From contig CAZYJK010000002.1 in NCBI GenBank assembly GCA_964647865.1, positions 1-39,267 of the forward strand: a DNA stretch of 39,267 nucleotides, written 5' to 3'. The notes below the pieces were generated by a model. It saw only the letters and a program-made list of their open reading frames with translations. It was not told the DNA's origin and ran no database searches. This DNA is from an uncultured Veillonellaceae bacterium (GTDB lineage: Bacteria; Bacillota; Negativicutes; UBA1444). The translations under genes and the position numbers were made by a program. Positions 27,292-36,819 of the stretch are shown here, one piece after another (the stretch's first letter is position 1; each line of letters begins with the position of its first letter).

Positions 27292-28163
27292 GGGGAAACC
27301 TCCTCGTTCTTTTTGTTGATGCCATATTTCTTTTCCAGAGCCGCGTAGTCACTTAAGCCGATCAACTGGTTGAAATGAGAGAAAGAGTGAAGACGGTCGC
27401 CAACCCCAGTGGTGGTTCCCGTGCGATGCAGTTCCGAAAACACTTCTTCCAGAGATTTCAATACCGCATATAGCGCCGTGCATGGCCAGAATACGACTTT
27501 AAAACCGAGTTTCTGCAATTGTTCAGGCGCAAGAATCGGCGTTTTGCCGCCTTCAATCATGTTGGCGAGCAGGACTTTTCCGGGAAAAGCATTGCCGATC
27601 GCAGCCAGTTCACTTTCGTCCTGCGGTGCCTCGATGAACAAGGCATCCGCACCGGCGTCAAAATATTGCCGCCCGCGGCGGATCGCTTCGTCAAGTCCCA
27701 ACACGGCCCGTGAGTCGGTTCGGGCAATGATGACCGTGTCCGGATTGCTGCAGGCATCTTTGGCAGCGCGAATCTTCGTCGCATGTTCATCGGAAGAGAT
27801 GACTTCCTTGCCCTGCATGTGTCCGCAGCGCTTCGGCCAGACCTGGTCTTCAAACAATATCGCAGCGGCGCCGGCTTTTTCATATTCAATCACGGTGCGC
27901 TGAACGCTTAGTGCATTTCCGTAACCGGTGTCGCCATCGGCGAATAGGGGAAGCGGCGCTGCATCGCAGATGGTTTTGACAGCTTGCGCCATCTCGGTCA
28001 TGGTCAGGTAGCCGACATCGGGTTGACCGAGCCGTGAGGCGGCAATGCTATATCCTCCCATGACGAGACATTGAAAACCGACACGTTCGGCGATTTTGGC
28101 CGTTAATGCGTCATAGACTCCCGGCAGCACCAAAAAATCGGGACCGGACAACAGACGGCGCAA
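27288..28163 (-). CDS. Isocitrate lyase / PEP mutase-superfamily enzyme (2-methylisocitrate-lyase / carboxyvinyl-carboxyphosphonate phosphorylmutase-like)
   Basis: LPGVYDALTAK, FADGDTGYGN, FEDQVWPKRCGHMQGK (KRCGH lyase-type loop), IIARTDS. The TTG start at 28163 has no SD; see the finding on a possible ATC start. Confidence 0.82.
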   Translation of the reverse strand: MRRLLSGPDFLVLPGVYDALTAKIAERVGFQCLVMGGYSIAASRLGQPDVGYLTMTEMAQAVKTICDAAPLPLFADGDTGYGNALSVQRTVIEYEKAGAAAILFEDQVWPKRCGHMQGKEVISSDEHATKIRAAKDACSNPDTVIIARTDSRAVLGLDEAIRRGRQYFDAGADALFIEAPQDESELAAIGNAFPGKVLLANMIEGGKTPILAPEQLQKLGFKVVFWPCTALYAVLKSLEEVFSELHRTGTTTGVGDRLHSFSHFNQLIGLSDYAALEKKYGINKKNEEVSP

Positions 28164-28206
28164 TACTGAGGCTTGCGGGTTATAGATGATCGATCACTCC
28201 TTCCAA

Positions 28207-29280
28207 CTAAAGCGCGGCCAGCACTTTTTCCGCCATTTCGTTCGTCGAGCAGCGGGTCAGGCCTTCCTGCATCATGTCACCGGTACGATAACCGGCAGCC
28301 AGCACTTTTTCGACGGATTTCTCAATCAGCACGGCAGCCGCTTCGTTCGCCAATGAATGACGGAACATCATGGCGACCGAAAGAATCGTGCCGAGTGGAT
28401 TGGCAAGCTGCTTGCCGGCGATATCGGGCGCGGAGCCGTGAATCGGTTCATACAAGCCGGTACCGCTGCCGAGACTGGCAGAGGGCAGCATGCCGATCGA
28501 TCCGGTAATGACGGCCGCTTCGTCGGTGAGAATGTCGCCGAACAGATTGCCGGTGACAACCACATCGAGCGCCTTCGGCGCCATAACCAGCTGCATGGCG
28601 CAGTTGTCTACATACATGTTTTCCAGCTGAATGGCCGGGAACTCCGAAGCGATTTTGCCAGCGGTGCGCCGCCAGAGACGAGAAGAGGCAAGCACGTTGG
28701 CCTTGTCGACGGAAGTCACTTTGCCGCGCCGGCCTGCAGCAGCCTGAAATGCCATGCGGACAATCCGCTCCACTTCAGGAATGCTGTATTGTTCTGTATC
28801 CCAGGCGTGTTCCACGCCATCGATCAGTTCCGATTCGCAGCGTTTGCCAAAATAAATGCCGCCGGTCAGTTCGCGCAGGATTAAAATGTCTACACCAGAG
28901 ACCCGTTCCGGTTTCAATGGCGAATAGGCCGACATGGCGTCCGTGACTTTGACCGGGCGCAGGTTGGCGAAAAGTCCAAGCTCTTTGCGCAATCCAAGGA
29001 TCGCTTTTTCCGGCCGAATTTCCGGGGTAACGGAGTCCCATTTGGGTCCGCCGACCGCGCCAAGCAGCACGGCGTCAGCTGCGCGAGCCGCTGCGACGGT
29101 TTCTGCCGGCAGCGGGATGCCGTGAGCGTCAATCGCTGCGCCGCCGGCTAGGTGGGTTGCGCAGTTACACTTCATGCCGGTGCGCTCGGCTGCGGCATGA
29201 AGGATGGTTAAAGCTGCCGAGGTGACTTCCGGGCCGATTCCGTCGCCGGGAATCACAACGATGTTTTTTTCCTGTATCAT
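28207..29280 (-). CDS. leuB: 3-isopropylmalate dehydrogenase
   Basis: 357 aa. [14 protein letters not shown]-terminus, [36 protein letters not shown]. Confidence 0.93.
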   Translation of the reverse strand: MIQEKNIVVIPGDGIGPEVTSAALTILHAAAERTGMKCNCATHLAGGAAIDAHGIPLPAETVAAARAADAVLLGAVGGPKWDSVTPEIRPEKAILGLRKELGLFANLRPVKVTDAMSAYSPLKPERVSGVDILILRELTGGIYFGKRCESELIDGVEHAWDTEQYSIPEVERIVRMAFQAAAGRRGKVTSVDKANVLASSRLWRRTAGKIASEFPAIQLENMYVDNCAMQLVMAPKALDVVVTGNLFGDILTDEAAVITGSIGMLPSASLGSGTGLYEPIHGSAPDIAGKQLANPLGTILSVAMMFRHSLANEAAAVLIEKSVEKVLAAGYRTGDMMQEGLTRCSTNEMAEKVLAAL

Positions 29281-29764
29281 TGCGCCGATCCTTTCACGTA
29301 GTTGATCAATCCGCCAGCCCTGGCAATATCCTGAATGAAGCCGGGCAACGGAGTGGCCTTGATTGTTTCGCCGCTGGTGGTATTGACGATTTCGCCGCTC
29401 TCCAGGTCAACCGACAGGACATCGCCCGCCTTGATCTTTTTCACATCATCGCCCACTTCTAAGAGCGGCAAGCCGATGTTGATCGCGTTGCGGTAGAATA
29501 TCCGGGCGAAGGTGGCGGCAATCACGCAGGTGATGCCGCTGGCCTTGATCGCGACAGGCGCATGTTCGCGCGACGAGCCGCAGCCGAAATTGTTGTCGGC
29601 TACCATGATATCGCCCGCTTTCACACCGGGAACGAAGGATTTGTCGATGTCTTCCATGCAGTGCAGGGCCAGTTCCTGCGGATTGGACGTGTTCAGATAA
29701 CGGGCGGGAATAATCACGTCAGTGTCAATATTGTCGCCGTAGCGCCAGACTTTGCCGGTGAATT

Positions 29765-29768
<4 letters not shown>
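29277..29768 (-). CDS. leuD: 3-isopropylmalate dehydratase small subunit
   Basis: 163 aa, short LeuD type. [12 protein letters not shown] motif. ATGA overlaps on both sides. Confidence 0.92.
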
Positions 29769-31027
<1,259 letters not shown>

Positions 31028-31032
31028 TGCGT

Positions 31033-32586
31033 TTATATCCCTCCTGCTACCTGGTTTTCTGAAGGCAGTCCGCAGACCGCCGTCATTTTATTGACTGCAT
31101 TGACAAAGGCGCGGGCGCTTGCTTCCACCACGTCGGTGCTTAGGCCGCGACCGATGAAGATCTGTTTGTCCCGTTCCAGCCAGACAGTTGCTTCGCCAAG
31201 AGCGTCCTGCCCCGATGTGACGGCCTTTAATTGATAATCTTTCAGCGTAACGGAAAATCCGATGGCGGTTTCAATCGCATTGAAGATGGCATCCACCGGC
31301 CCATCGCCGACTGCAGCCTGTGACAGCGGGGTTTTCAGGCCGACGCTGGAAAGACGGACCGAAGCCATGGCCGGCCCCTGCGTGCCGCTGACGACATGGT
31401 GACCGATGAGTTGATAATGTTCGGGGCCGGCGACCGGTTTTTGATCGACCAGCGCTTCGATGTCCCGGTCGAATACGGTTTTTTTCTTATCGGCCAGTTC
31501 CTTGAATTGAGCGAATAGTTCGTTGACTTTGGTTGCAGGCAGTTCGTGCCCCAGAGCCCGTAATCGGTCCTCGAACGCGTGGCGTCCGGAGTGTTTGCCA
31601 AGCACCAATGCGTTGCGGGGAACGCCAACGCTTTCCGGGTTCATGATTTCATAGGTCAGCGAGTTGTTGAGGATTCCGTGCTGGTGGATGCCTGACTCAT
31701 GGGCAAAGGCGTTGTCGCCGATCACCGCTTTGTTCGGCGGCGGATTGAAGCCGGTCAGGTTTTGCACCAACCGTGAAGCGCGATAAATTTGCCGGGTATC
31801 CAGGCCGATTTCCACCCCGAAGTGTTCACGACGGGTTGCCAGCGCCATGGCGATTTCTTCGAGCGCCGCGTTGCCGGCCCGTTCGCCGATGCCGTTGATG
31901 GTGCATTCGACTTGTCCTGCGCCGGCCATTACCGCAGCAATCGAGTTGGCCGCCGCCATGCCGAGATCGTCATGGCAATGTACGCTGATGATCGCCTTTT
32001 CGATGTCCGGTGTATTATTTCGCAGATGCGTAATCAACCGGGCAAATTCGTCCGGCATAGCGTATCCGACCGTGTCAGGCACGTTGATTACACTGGCGCC
32101 TTCGCGAATCACCGCGCCAAAGATTTCCGTCAGGAAGGCCCAGTCGCTGCGTGAGGCGTCTTCGGCGGAAAACTCGACGTCCGGCGTAAGGCTGCGGGCG
32201 TAACGGACAGCTGCGACAGCCGCCTCCAGCACCTCAGCCCGGCTCATTTTCAGTTTGTACTCCAAATGGATGTCGCTGGTCGCAATGAAAGTATGAATAC
32301 GCGGCCGTTCCGCCTTGCGGACGCCTTCCCAGGCCAGATCGATGTCTTTGCGGTTGGCCCTGGCCAAGCCGGCGATTGCCGGACCTTTCACCCTGGACGC
32401 CACCGCCTGGACTGCCGCGAGGTCGCCGGGAGAAGCTGCGGGGAATCCGGCTTCGATTACGTCTACTTTGAGACGCGCCAGCGATAGGCCGATTTCAACC
32501 TTCTCTTCGATTCCCAGACAGATGCCGGGGCTTTGTTCGCCATCGCGAAGGGTGGTGTCAAAAAATTGGATGCGCCGGTTTCCCAT
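31033..32586 (-). CDS. leuA: 2-isopropylmalate synthase
   Basis: Start at [21 protein letters not shown] with AAGGAGG upstream; the ORF-track start at 32685 would run through the T-box terminator. HCHDDLGMA and HESGIHQ motifs, C-terminal LeuA regulatory domain. Confidence 0.92.
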   Translation of the reverse strand: MGNRRIQFFDTTLRDGEQSPGICLGIEEKVEIGLSLARLKVDVIEAGFPAASPGDLAAVQAVASRVKGPAIAGLARANRKDIDLAWEGVRKAERPRIHTFIATSDIHLEYKLKMSRAEVLEAAVAAVRYARSLTPDVEFSAEDASRSDWAFLTEIFGAVIREGASVINVPDTVGYAMPDEFARLITHLRNNTPDIEKAIISVHCHDDLGMAAANSIAAVMAGAGQVECTINGIGERAGNAALEEIAMALATRREHFGVEIGLDTRQIYRASRLVQNLTGFNPPPNKAVIGDNAFAHESGIHQHGILNNSLTYEIMNPESVGVPRNALVLGKHSGRHAFEDRLRALGHELPATKVNELFAQFKELADKKKTVFDRDIEALVDQKPVAGPEHYQLIGHHVVSGTQGPAMASVRLSSVGLKTPLSQAAVGDGPVDAIFNAIETAIGFSVTLKDYQLKAVTSGQDALGEATVWLERDKQIFIGRGLSTDVVEASARAFVNAVNKMTAVCGLPSENQVAGGI

Positions 32587-32629
32587 GTTGTTTTCCTCCT
32601 TCTTTCCTGGTATTTTTGTGGCAAGATAT

Positions 32630-32669
32630 AAAAAACCGCCCCTATGGTCAAAACCGACCATAGGGGCGG
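32630..32669 (-). terminator. Intrinsic terminator of the T-box leader
   Basis: Minus strand reads CCGCCCCTATGGTC-GGTTTT-GACCATAGGGGCGG followed by TTTTTT. Confidence 0.88.
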
Positions 32670-32850
32670 ATATTCGCGGTACCACCCTACATTATAACTT
32701 TGGCCGGTTAACGCCCGGATACGCCGCATCCTTGTCAGATGAAGAGCTCATGGGTGAGTTTTCGTTGGGGGAAGCACGCCGGTTCGCAGCTAACACCGAC
32801 TCTCTGAAGTGCTTGTTTCCGCAACTTTAATCCCAGTCATCGCCGTCGTA
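32630..32850 (-). promoter_or_regulatory. T-box riboswitch leader, leucine specifier (CUC)
   Basis: Minus strand has the T-box core AGGGTGGTACCGCG (32675-32688) directly 5' of the terminator. Stem I elements: GCGATGA, CAGAGAGTCGGTG...GCTGCGAACCGG. Specifier loop GAAAACUCA with CUC at 32756-32758, followed by the conserved purine. Confidence 0.88.
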
Positions 32851-32860
32851 AGATAAATTT

Positions 32861-32879
32861 TCCTCACGATTCGTGAGGA
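32861..32879. repeat. Perfect 9-1-9 palindrome TCCTCACGA-T-TCGTGAGGA at the predicted 5' end of the leu leader
   Basis: Arms at 32861-32869 and 32871-32879 are exact reverse complements. Begins 3-4 nt downstream of the predicted transcription start. Confidence 0.6.
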
Positions 32880-32889
32880 TTATGTATAC

Positions 32890-32918
32890 ATTATCGCAGC
32901 GGAAATGTGTTGTGTCAA
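32890..32918 (-). promoter_or_regulatory. Sigma-70/SigA-type promoter of the leu operon
   Basis: Minus strand reads TTGACA (32913-32918), 17-nt spacer, GATAAT (32890-32895). Confidence 0.65.
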
Positions 32919-32933
32919 GCAAAAGTGTATAAT

Positions 32934-32962
32934 TTAGCTTGAGTGTGCGATACAATTATAAG
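32934..32962 (+). promoter_or_regulatory. Weak candidate promoter for the vWA-FHA cluster
   Basis: TTAGCT (32934-39), 17 nt, TATAAG (32957-62). A second TATAAT at 32928-33 has no credible -35 box. AT-rich ~135-nt leader before ATG 33097. Confidence 0.3.
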
Positions 32963-33096
32963 TAGTGATTGTGATGAAAAAATATTTGATGATAAAAAGC
33001 GGACCAACTGACAGGAATTCGCCGACGGATGGCTAATTATTACAAAAACACGAAGTGGAACCGAGAGACGATGTTGTTGCGGAGGATGTTGCTGCG

Positions 33097-34605
33097 ATGA
33101 GGGAATGGCGTCGAGGTTGGCATTGGTTGATTGTTTTGTCAGTCCTGTCATTGTTGTCGGGCTCGTGCCTGTCGCTGGCTTTTGCCGCTCCGCCGACAGT
33201 CTATGATTTCAGGCTGGTGCAGGGAACAGCGGCATTGCCTGCTGTCAAGCTATACGTCGATATCATCGGTAACGGCGATGTGCCGGCCAAAGGGTTGCGA
33301 CTAGAAGATTTTAAGGCTGCAGTCGGCGGGACGCCGGCTAAAGTGACCCGCGTGACTCCGTTTGAAGACGCCAAAGAAGGCGTTGGCTTCGTGTTGCTTG
33401 TTGATATTTCCAAGTCCTTGTCGCCGGCGCAGTTTTCGCTGATGAAAAATACGCTTGCTGCTTTTGTCGATTCGATGGCGGAATCAGACAGGGTTGCACT
33501 GGCAACCTTTGGCCAGGCGGTCAAAGTGATTCAGGATTTTACCGCAAATCGCAGCAAGATCAAGGAGCATATCGCCGCCTTGTCGCCGACAGATGAAGAA
33601 ACTGCATTTTATGGCGGGATCGACAAAGCGATTGCGCTGGCCAGAGCCGGCGGTGAAGATATTCCCGGTCGCAGGGTTGTCATCACATTGACTGACGGGG
33701 TAAACGACCTGACAGGCGGTGTTAACAAAGGTGATATCGCGGAACGGTTGAAGGCCGACCCGGTTCCGTTATACCTGATCGGTTTTGTGCCAGGCAAGCC
33801 GTCCGCCGAAGAGGAAAGCGCCATTGGCGTGATGAAGACTTTTTCCCGCCTGTCGGGCGGTCGCTACTACGATGGTCGCGGCGGTGAGTGGCGAGGTATT
33901 TATTTTGCTATTTCCCGGGCAATCCGCAGTGCGTTCGTGATTGAAGCGGAGGCGACCAATCTCCGTTCGGAAGGCGCGGTTTTCCCGGTTTCGCTGACGC
34001 TTTCGGCAGCGAATAAGGTCTGGACTGAAAAGCTGGACCTGACGATTCCGGCTGGCGGTGCGGTAGTTAATTCACCGACACAACAACCGGATGCTAAGAC
34101 CGCTTCGGGTGGCAAGGCTGCTGCAAAAGATGCTGAGTCGGGTGGAAATCAGTGGCTGTGGATCGCAGCGGGCCTGGTCGTCGGTCTGTGTGCCGGTGGG
34201 ATACTGCTGTTGCGGCGACGTTCAAAATCGCCGGCAAAGTCGGTCCCGGCACCGTCGGATCCTTTGCCGCCGCCAGTGCAATCCATGCGGCAGCCTGGCG
34301 TCTTGGTCCGGTTTACGCGTTTGGATGCCGGGGCACAGTCAGAGCCGTTCGATGTGGAGATTGTTGACAGGGTGGTTATTGGTAGCGATCCCCGCGTCAG
34401 CCATCTTGTGTTTGAACAGGACGACGCAATTGCCGCTGCGCACTGCGAGATCGTTTTCGAAGCAGGACTCCTTTATGTAAGCGATCTGGCATCGCCTGGC
34501 GGAACGTATCTAAACGGGGTAGCCATCAGCGACCGCCAACGGATCGACGAACAAGATATCCTTCACTTGGGCCGCACCGAAATGAGAATTGCGTTTCCGA
34601 CCTGA
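33097..34605 (+). CDS. Signal peptide + extracytoplasmic vWA domain + single TM + cytoplasmic divergent FHA domain
   Basis: Start ATG 33097 follows GGAGG 33081-85. Signal WHWLIVLSVLSLLSGSCLSLAFA. vWA MIDAS VLLVDISKS...ALATFG...ITLTDG. TM WLWIAAGLVVGLCAGGILLL followed by RRRSKS. FHA-like VVIGSDPRVSHLVF...AAAHCEIVF...GGTYLNG. Confidence 0.88.
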   Translation: MREWRRGWHWLIVLSVLSLLSGSCLSLAFAAPPTVYDFRLVQGTAALPAVKLYVDIIGNGDVPAKGLRLEDFKAAVGGTPAKVTRVTPFEDAKEGVGFVLLVDISKSLSPAQFSLMKNTLAAFVDSMAESDRVALATFGQAVKVIQDFTANRSKIKEHIAALSPTDEETAFYGGIDKAIALARAGGEDIPGRRVVITLTDGVNDLTGGVNKGDIAERLKADPVPLYLIGFVPGKPSAEEESAIGVMKTFSRLSGGRYYDGRGGEWRGIYFAISRAIRSAFVIEAEATNLRSEGAVFPVSLTLSAANKVWTEKLDLTIPAGGAVVNSPTQQPDAKTASGGKAAAKDAESGGNQWLWIAAGLVVGLCAGGILLLRRRSKSPAKSVPAPSDPLPPPVQSMRQPGVLVRFTRLDAGAQSEPFDVEIVDRVVIGSDPRVSHLVFEQDDAIAAAHCEIVFEAGLLYVSDLASPGGTYLNGVAISDRQRIDEQDILHLGRTEMRIAFPT

Positions 34606-34630
34606 TATACTGGACTTATATACTGGACTT
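34605..34630 (+). repeat. Perfect tandem duplication, 2 x 13 nt ATATACTGGACTT
   Basis: Copies at 34605-34617 and 34618-34630. Starts on the last base of the vWA-FHA stop codon, in the 111-nt gap before the protease-FHA gene. Each copy contains TATACT. Confidence 0.9.
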
Positions 34631-34716
34631 CCGGCTCAAAAAATGCCCGGTAATTCGTGTTCGTATCCATTTCACAGTTAGGCAGGTATCGACTAATGAT
34701 TGGGAAGGTGGTAAAA

Positions 34717-36078
34717 ATGTTGAACCAAAGACCGGGGACACTGCAAAGACCATTGAAAAAAATGGTGGCAATCATTCTGGCGTTCATGGTTTTGTCGGTA
34801 GCCGCCATCATGCCGGTTGTTGCGGCAGCAACCGACGCAGACATTGAAACGATGAAGAACAGCTCGGTCCGGGTGCTGATCACACAGGGCGGCCGCCTGC
34901 TGGGCAAAGGGAGCGGGTTTGTCATCGATGACGGAAAACACATCGTGACAAACTATCACGTCATTGAGGCGGTAGAAAAACAAGGAGCGCAAGCCTGGGT
35001 GGCGCTCGGCCGCGGCCGGGACTTACTGCGGGCCCTGGAGATTCGCGCCACCTCGCAGGCAAATGATATCGCCGTATTATCGGTCGATCAAAAGCTAGCC
35101 AAACCCAGTGTGAAACTGGTGCGAAGGGAAGACATCAAAGCGGCGGAACAGGTGATCGCCGTCGGCTTCCCCGGGACCAGCGACCGGGTTGATGAAGACT
35201 GGCTGAATGCACCTGCCACCCCGACACCGGGGCAGGTAGTACAGAAACTGCGTCTGGGCGGCGGCGCCCACATGGTTCAGATTACGGCGGACATCAACCC
35301 GGGCAACTCGGGTGGGCCGGTATTCAATAGCCGAGGTCATGTGATCGGGATGTCCACCCTTAAAGGAAGATCATCCTCTCTCAATTATGCAGTCGATTCC
35401 GATGAAATCATGGAAGTGATCAAACGGACCAATGCGGTCGCTGAAAGAGCGCCGGCAGCCGGTTCGATTTCGGGTACGAAAGAGCAGCCGGTGACCGCGC
35501 CGCCGGCGACGGACACGAAACCGGCGACTCCGCCGCCGCCCCCTCCGCCCGAACCCTTCTACCAAAATCCGATGGTGCTCGGGGGCGGAGCAGTCGTATT
35601 GATTTTGATCGGCATCATCGGCTATATGATGTCGCGCAAGAAGAGCCCGCAACAAATGCAGATGCCGATGCAACCTCACATGCAACCACAGATGCCGCCA
35701 CAACAGATTCCGCAAGGAGCGCCGCCGGCTGCGCCCAAACCGACAGTCGCCGCTGCTGTGAAACGAACGACGATTAGTGGCGTAAGTGGATTTTTTGCTG
35801 GCAAAACGATTGAAATCGCGACCGGCAGACCGATGTTGATCGGGCGTGACCCGCAACAGGCACAGCTGGTTTTCCCTTCAGAGATGAGCGAAATCAGCCG
35901 GGTGCATTGTATCGTGACCTATGATGCCGCCAGCCAGGCATTCACAGTTGAAGACCGGTCCACGAACGGCACGTTCTTTGTGAACGGCCAGAAAATAAAC
36001 GGACAGGCGCGACTGCGTTCTGGCGAACGGTTCTACCTGAGCGACCCGACGCACTTGTTCGAACTGCGTGCAGACTGA
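34717..36078 (+). CDS. Signal/anchor + extracytoplasmic trypsin-like (S1C) serine protease + Pro-rich linker + single TM + cytoplasmic canonical FHA domain
   Basis: ATG 34717 lies 5 nt after GGAAGGTGG. Catalytic triad contexts VTNYHVI, NDIAVL, GNSGGPVF. PPPPPPPEP linker. TM MVLGGGAVVLILIGIIGYMM followed by SRKKS. Q/M/P-rich segment. FHA LIGRDP...ISRVHC...RSTNGTFFVNGQKI. Confidence 0.9.
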   Translation: MLNQRPGTLQRPLKKMVAIILAFMVLSVAAIMPVVAAATDADIETMKNSSVRVLITQGGRLLGKGSGFVIDDGKHIVTNYHVIEAVEKQGAQAWVALGRGRDLLRALEIRATSQANDIAVLSVDQKLAKPSVKLVRREDIKAAEQVIAVGFPGTSDRVDEDWLNAPATPTPGQVVQKLRLGGGAHMVQITADINPGNSGGPVFNSRGHVIGMSTLKGRSSSLNYAVDSDEIMEVIKRTNAVAERAPAAGSISGTKEQPVTAPPATDTKPATPPPPPPPEPFYQNPMVLGGGAVVLILIGIIGYMMSRKKSPQQMQMPMQPHMQPQMPPQQIPQGAPPAAPKPTVAAAVKRTTISGVSGFFAGKTIEIATGRPMLIGRDPQQAQLVFPSEMSEISRVHCIVTYDAASQAFTVEDRSTNGTFFVNGQKINGQARLRSGERFYLSDPTHLFELRAD

Positions 36079-36080
36079 CG

Positions 36081-36815
36081 ATGACGGTCGATACTGCCAT
36101 GCTGTCCCATACGGGCGGACGCAGAAGCAATCAGGACTCGTTCGGTTACGAGGCGAATCAAGTCAAGGGCTGCTGGGTCGTTGCTGATGGACTAGGCGGT
36201 CATGCGGGCGGTGAAACCGCCTCTCGCATGGCCGTGGACTCGGTTTTGTCGAGATTCCGTCAGGAAACCGATGTTTCGCCGAATTCAATTGAATCGTGTT
36301 TGCAAACCGCCCATCAGGCGATTCAAGTCAAGGCAGCCGCCGAGTATGAATTGGCGGCAATGCGGACTACCTTGGTCGTTTTGGCCTGGACAGGAAAACA
36401 AGCCGTTTGGGGACACGTGGGCGATTCACGGTTATATTGGTTCCGCCAGGGAAAAATCTTTCACCAGACAAAAGATCACAGCGTGCCGCAAATGTTGGTT
36501 GATGCAGGTAAATTGGACCCCTTGCAAATTCGGGGGCATGAGGATCAGAATCGACTGACCCGGGCGGTAGGGCAAGCAGGAGCATTGAAAACTTCGGTGT
36601 TGCCGGAAGCGTTGGCATTGCAGCCTGGCGATGCGGCGTTGCTATGCAGCGACGGAATCTGGACCTATGTGTTGGAAGCTGAACTGGAAGCGGATTGGGC
36701 AAGGGCGGCTTCGGCGACAGAGTATCTGGCGCTGTTGGAACGAAGGGTGTTGGAACGCGCCGAACCGGAACACGACAACTATACTGCCATCGCAGTCCGG
36801 TTCCCGGGAGAATGA
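36081..36815 (+). CDS. PP2C-family Ser/Thr phosphatase (soluble)
   Basis: 244 aa. RRSNQDSFG, VVADGLGGH, CSDGIW, HDNYTAIAV. Start lies 2 nt after the preceding stop. Confidence 0.9.
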   Translation: MTVDTAMLSHTGGRRSNQDSFGYEANQVKGCWVVADGLGGHAGGETASRMAVDSVLSRFRQETDVSPNSIESCLQTAHQAIQVKAAAEYELAAMRTTLVVLAWTGKQAVWGHVGDSRLYWFRQGKIFHQTKDHSVPQMLVDAGKLDPLQIRGHEDQNRLTRAVGQAGALKTSVLPEALALQPGDAALLCSDGIWTYVLEAELEADWARAASATEYLALLERRVLERAEPEHDNYTAIAVRFPGE

Positions 36816-36819
36816 ATAG

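Noticed and set aside
27288-28163. Reading the ICL/PEPM-family gene as a true PEP mutase, which would mark phosphonate biosynthesis and fit the phosphate theme nearby.
   Set aside because: The active-site loop is the KRCGH lyase type, not the PEP-mutase type. No phosphonopyruvate decarboxylase or aminotransferase gene is adjacent. The gene belongs to the leu/TRAP operon on the other side of a strong terminator from the ABC/Pho locus.
32849-32863. A CodY-like box near the leu leader, with AATTTTC at 32856-32862.
   Set aside because: Only the first half-site matches the AATTTTCWGAAAATT consensus. The second half (TCACGAT) does not match.
32974-33036. A 20-codon ORF (MKKYLMIKSGPTDRNSPTDG) in the AT-rich leader of the vWA-FHA gene.
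   Set aside because: It has no SD and no hydrophobic or otherwise recognisable character. Chance ORFs of this size are expected in AT-rich spacers.
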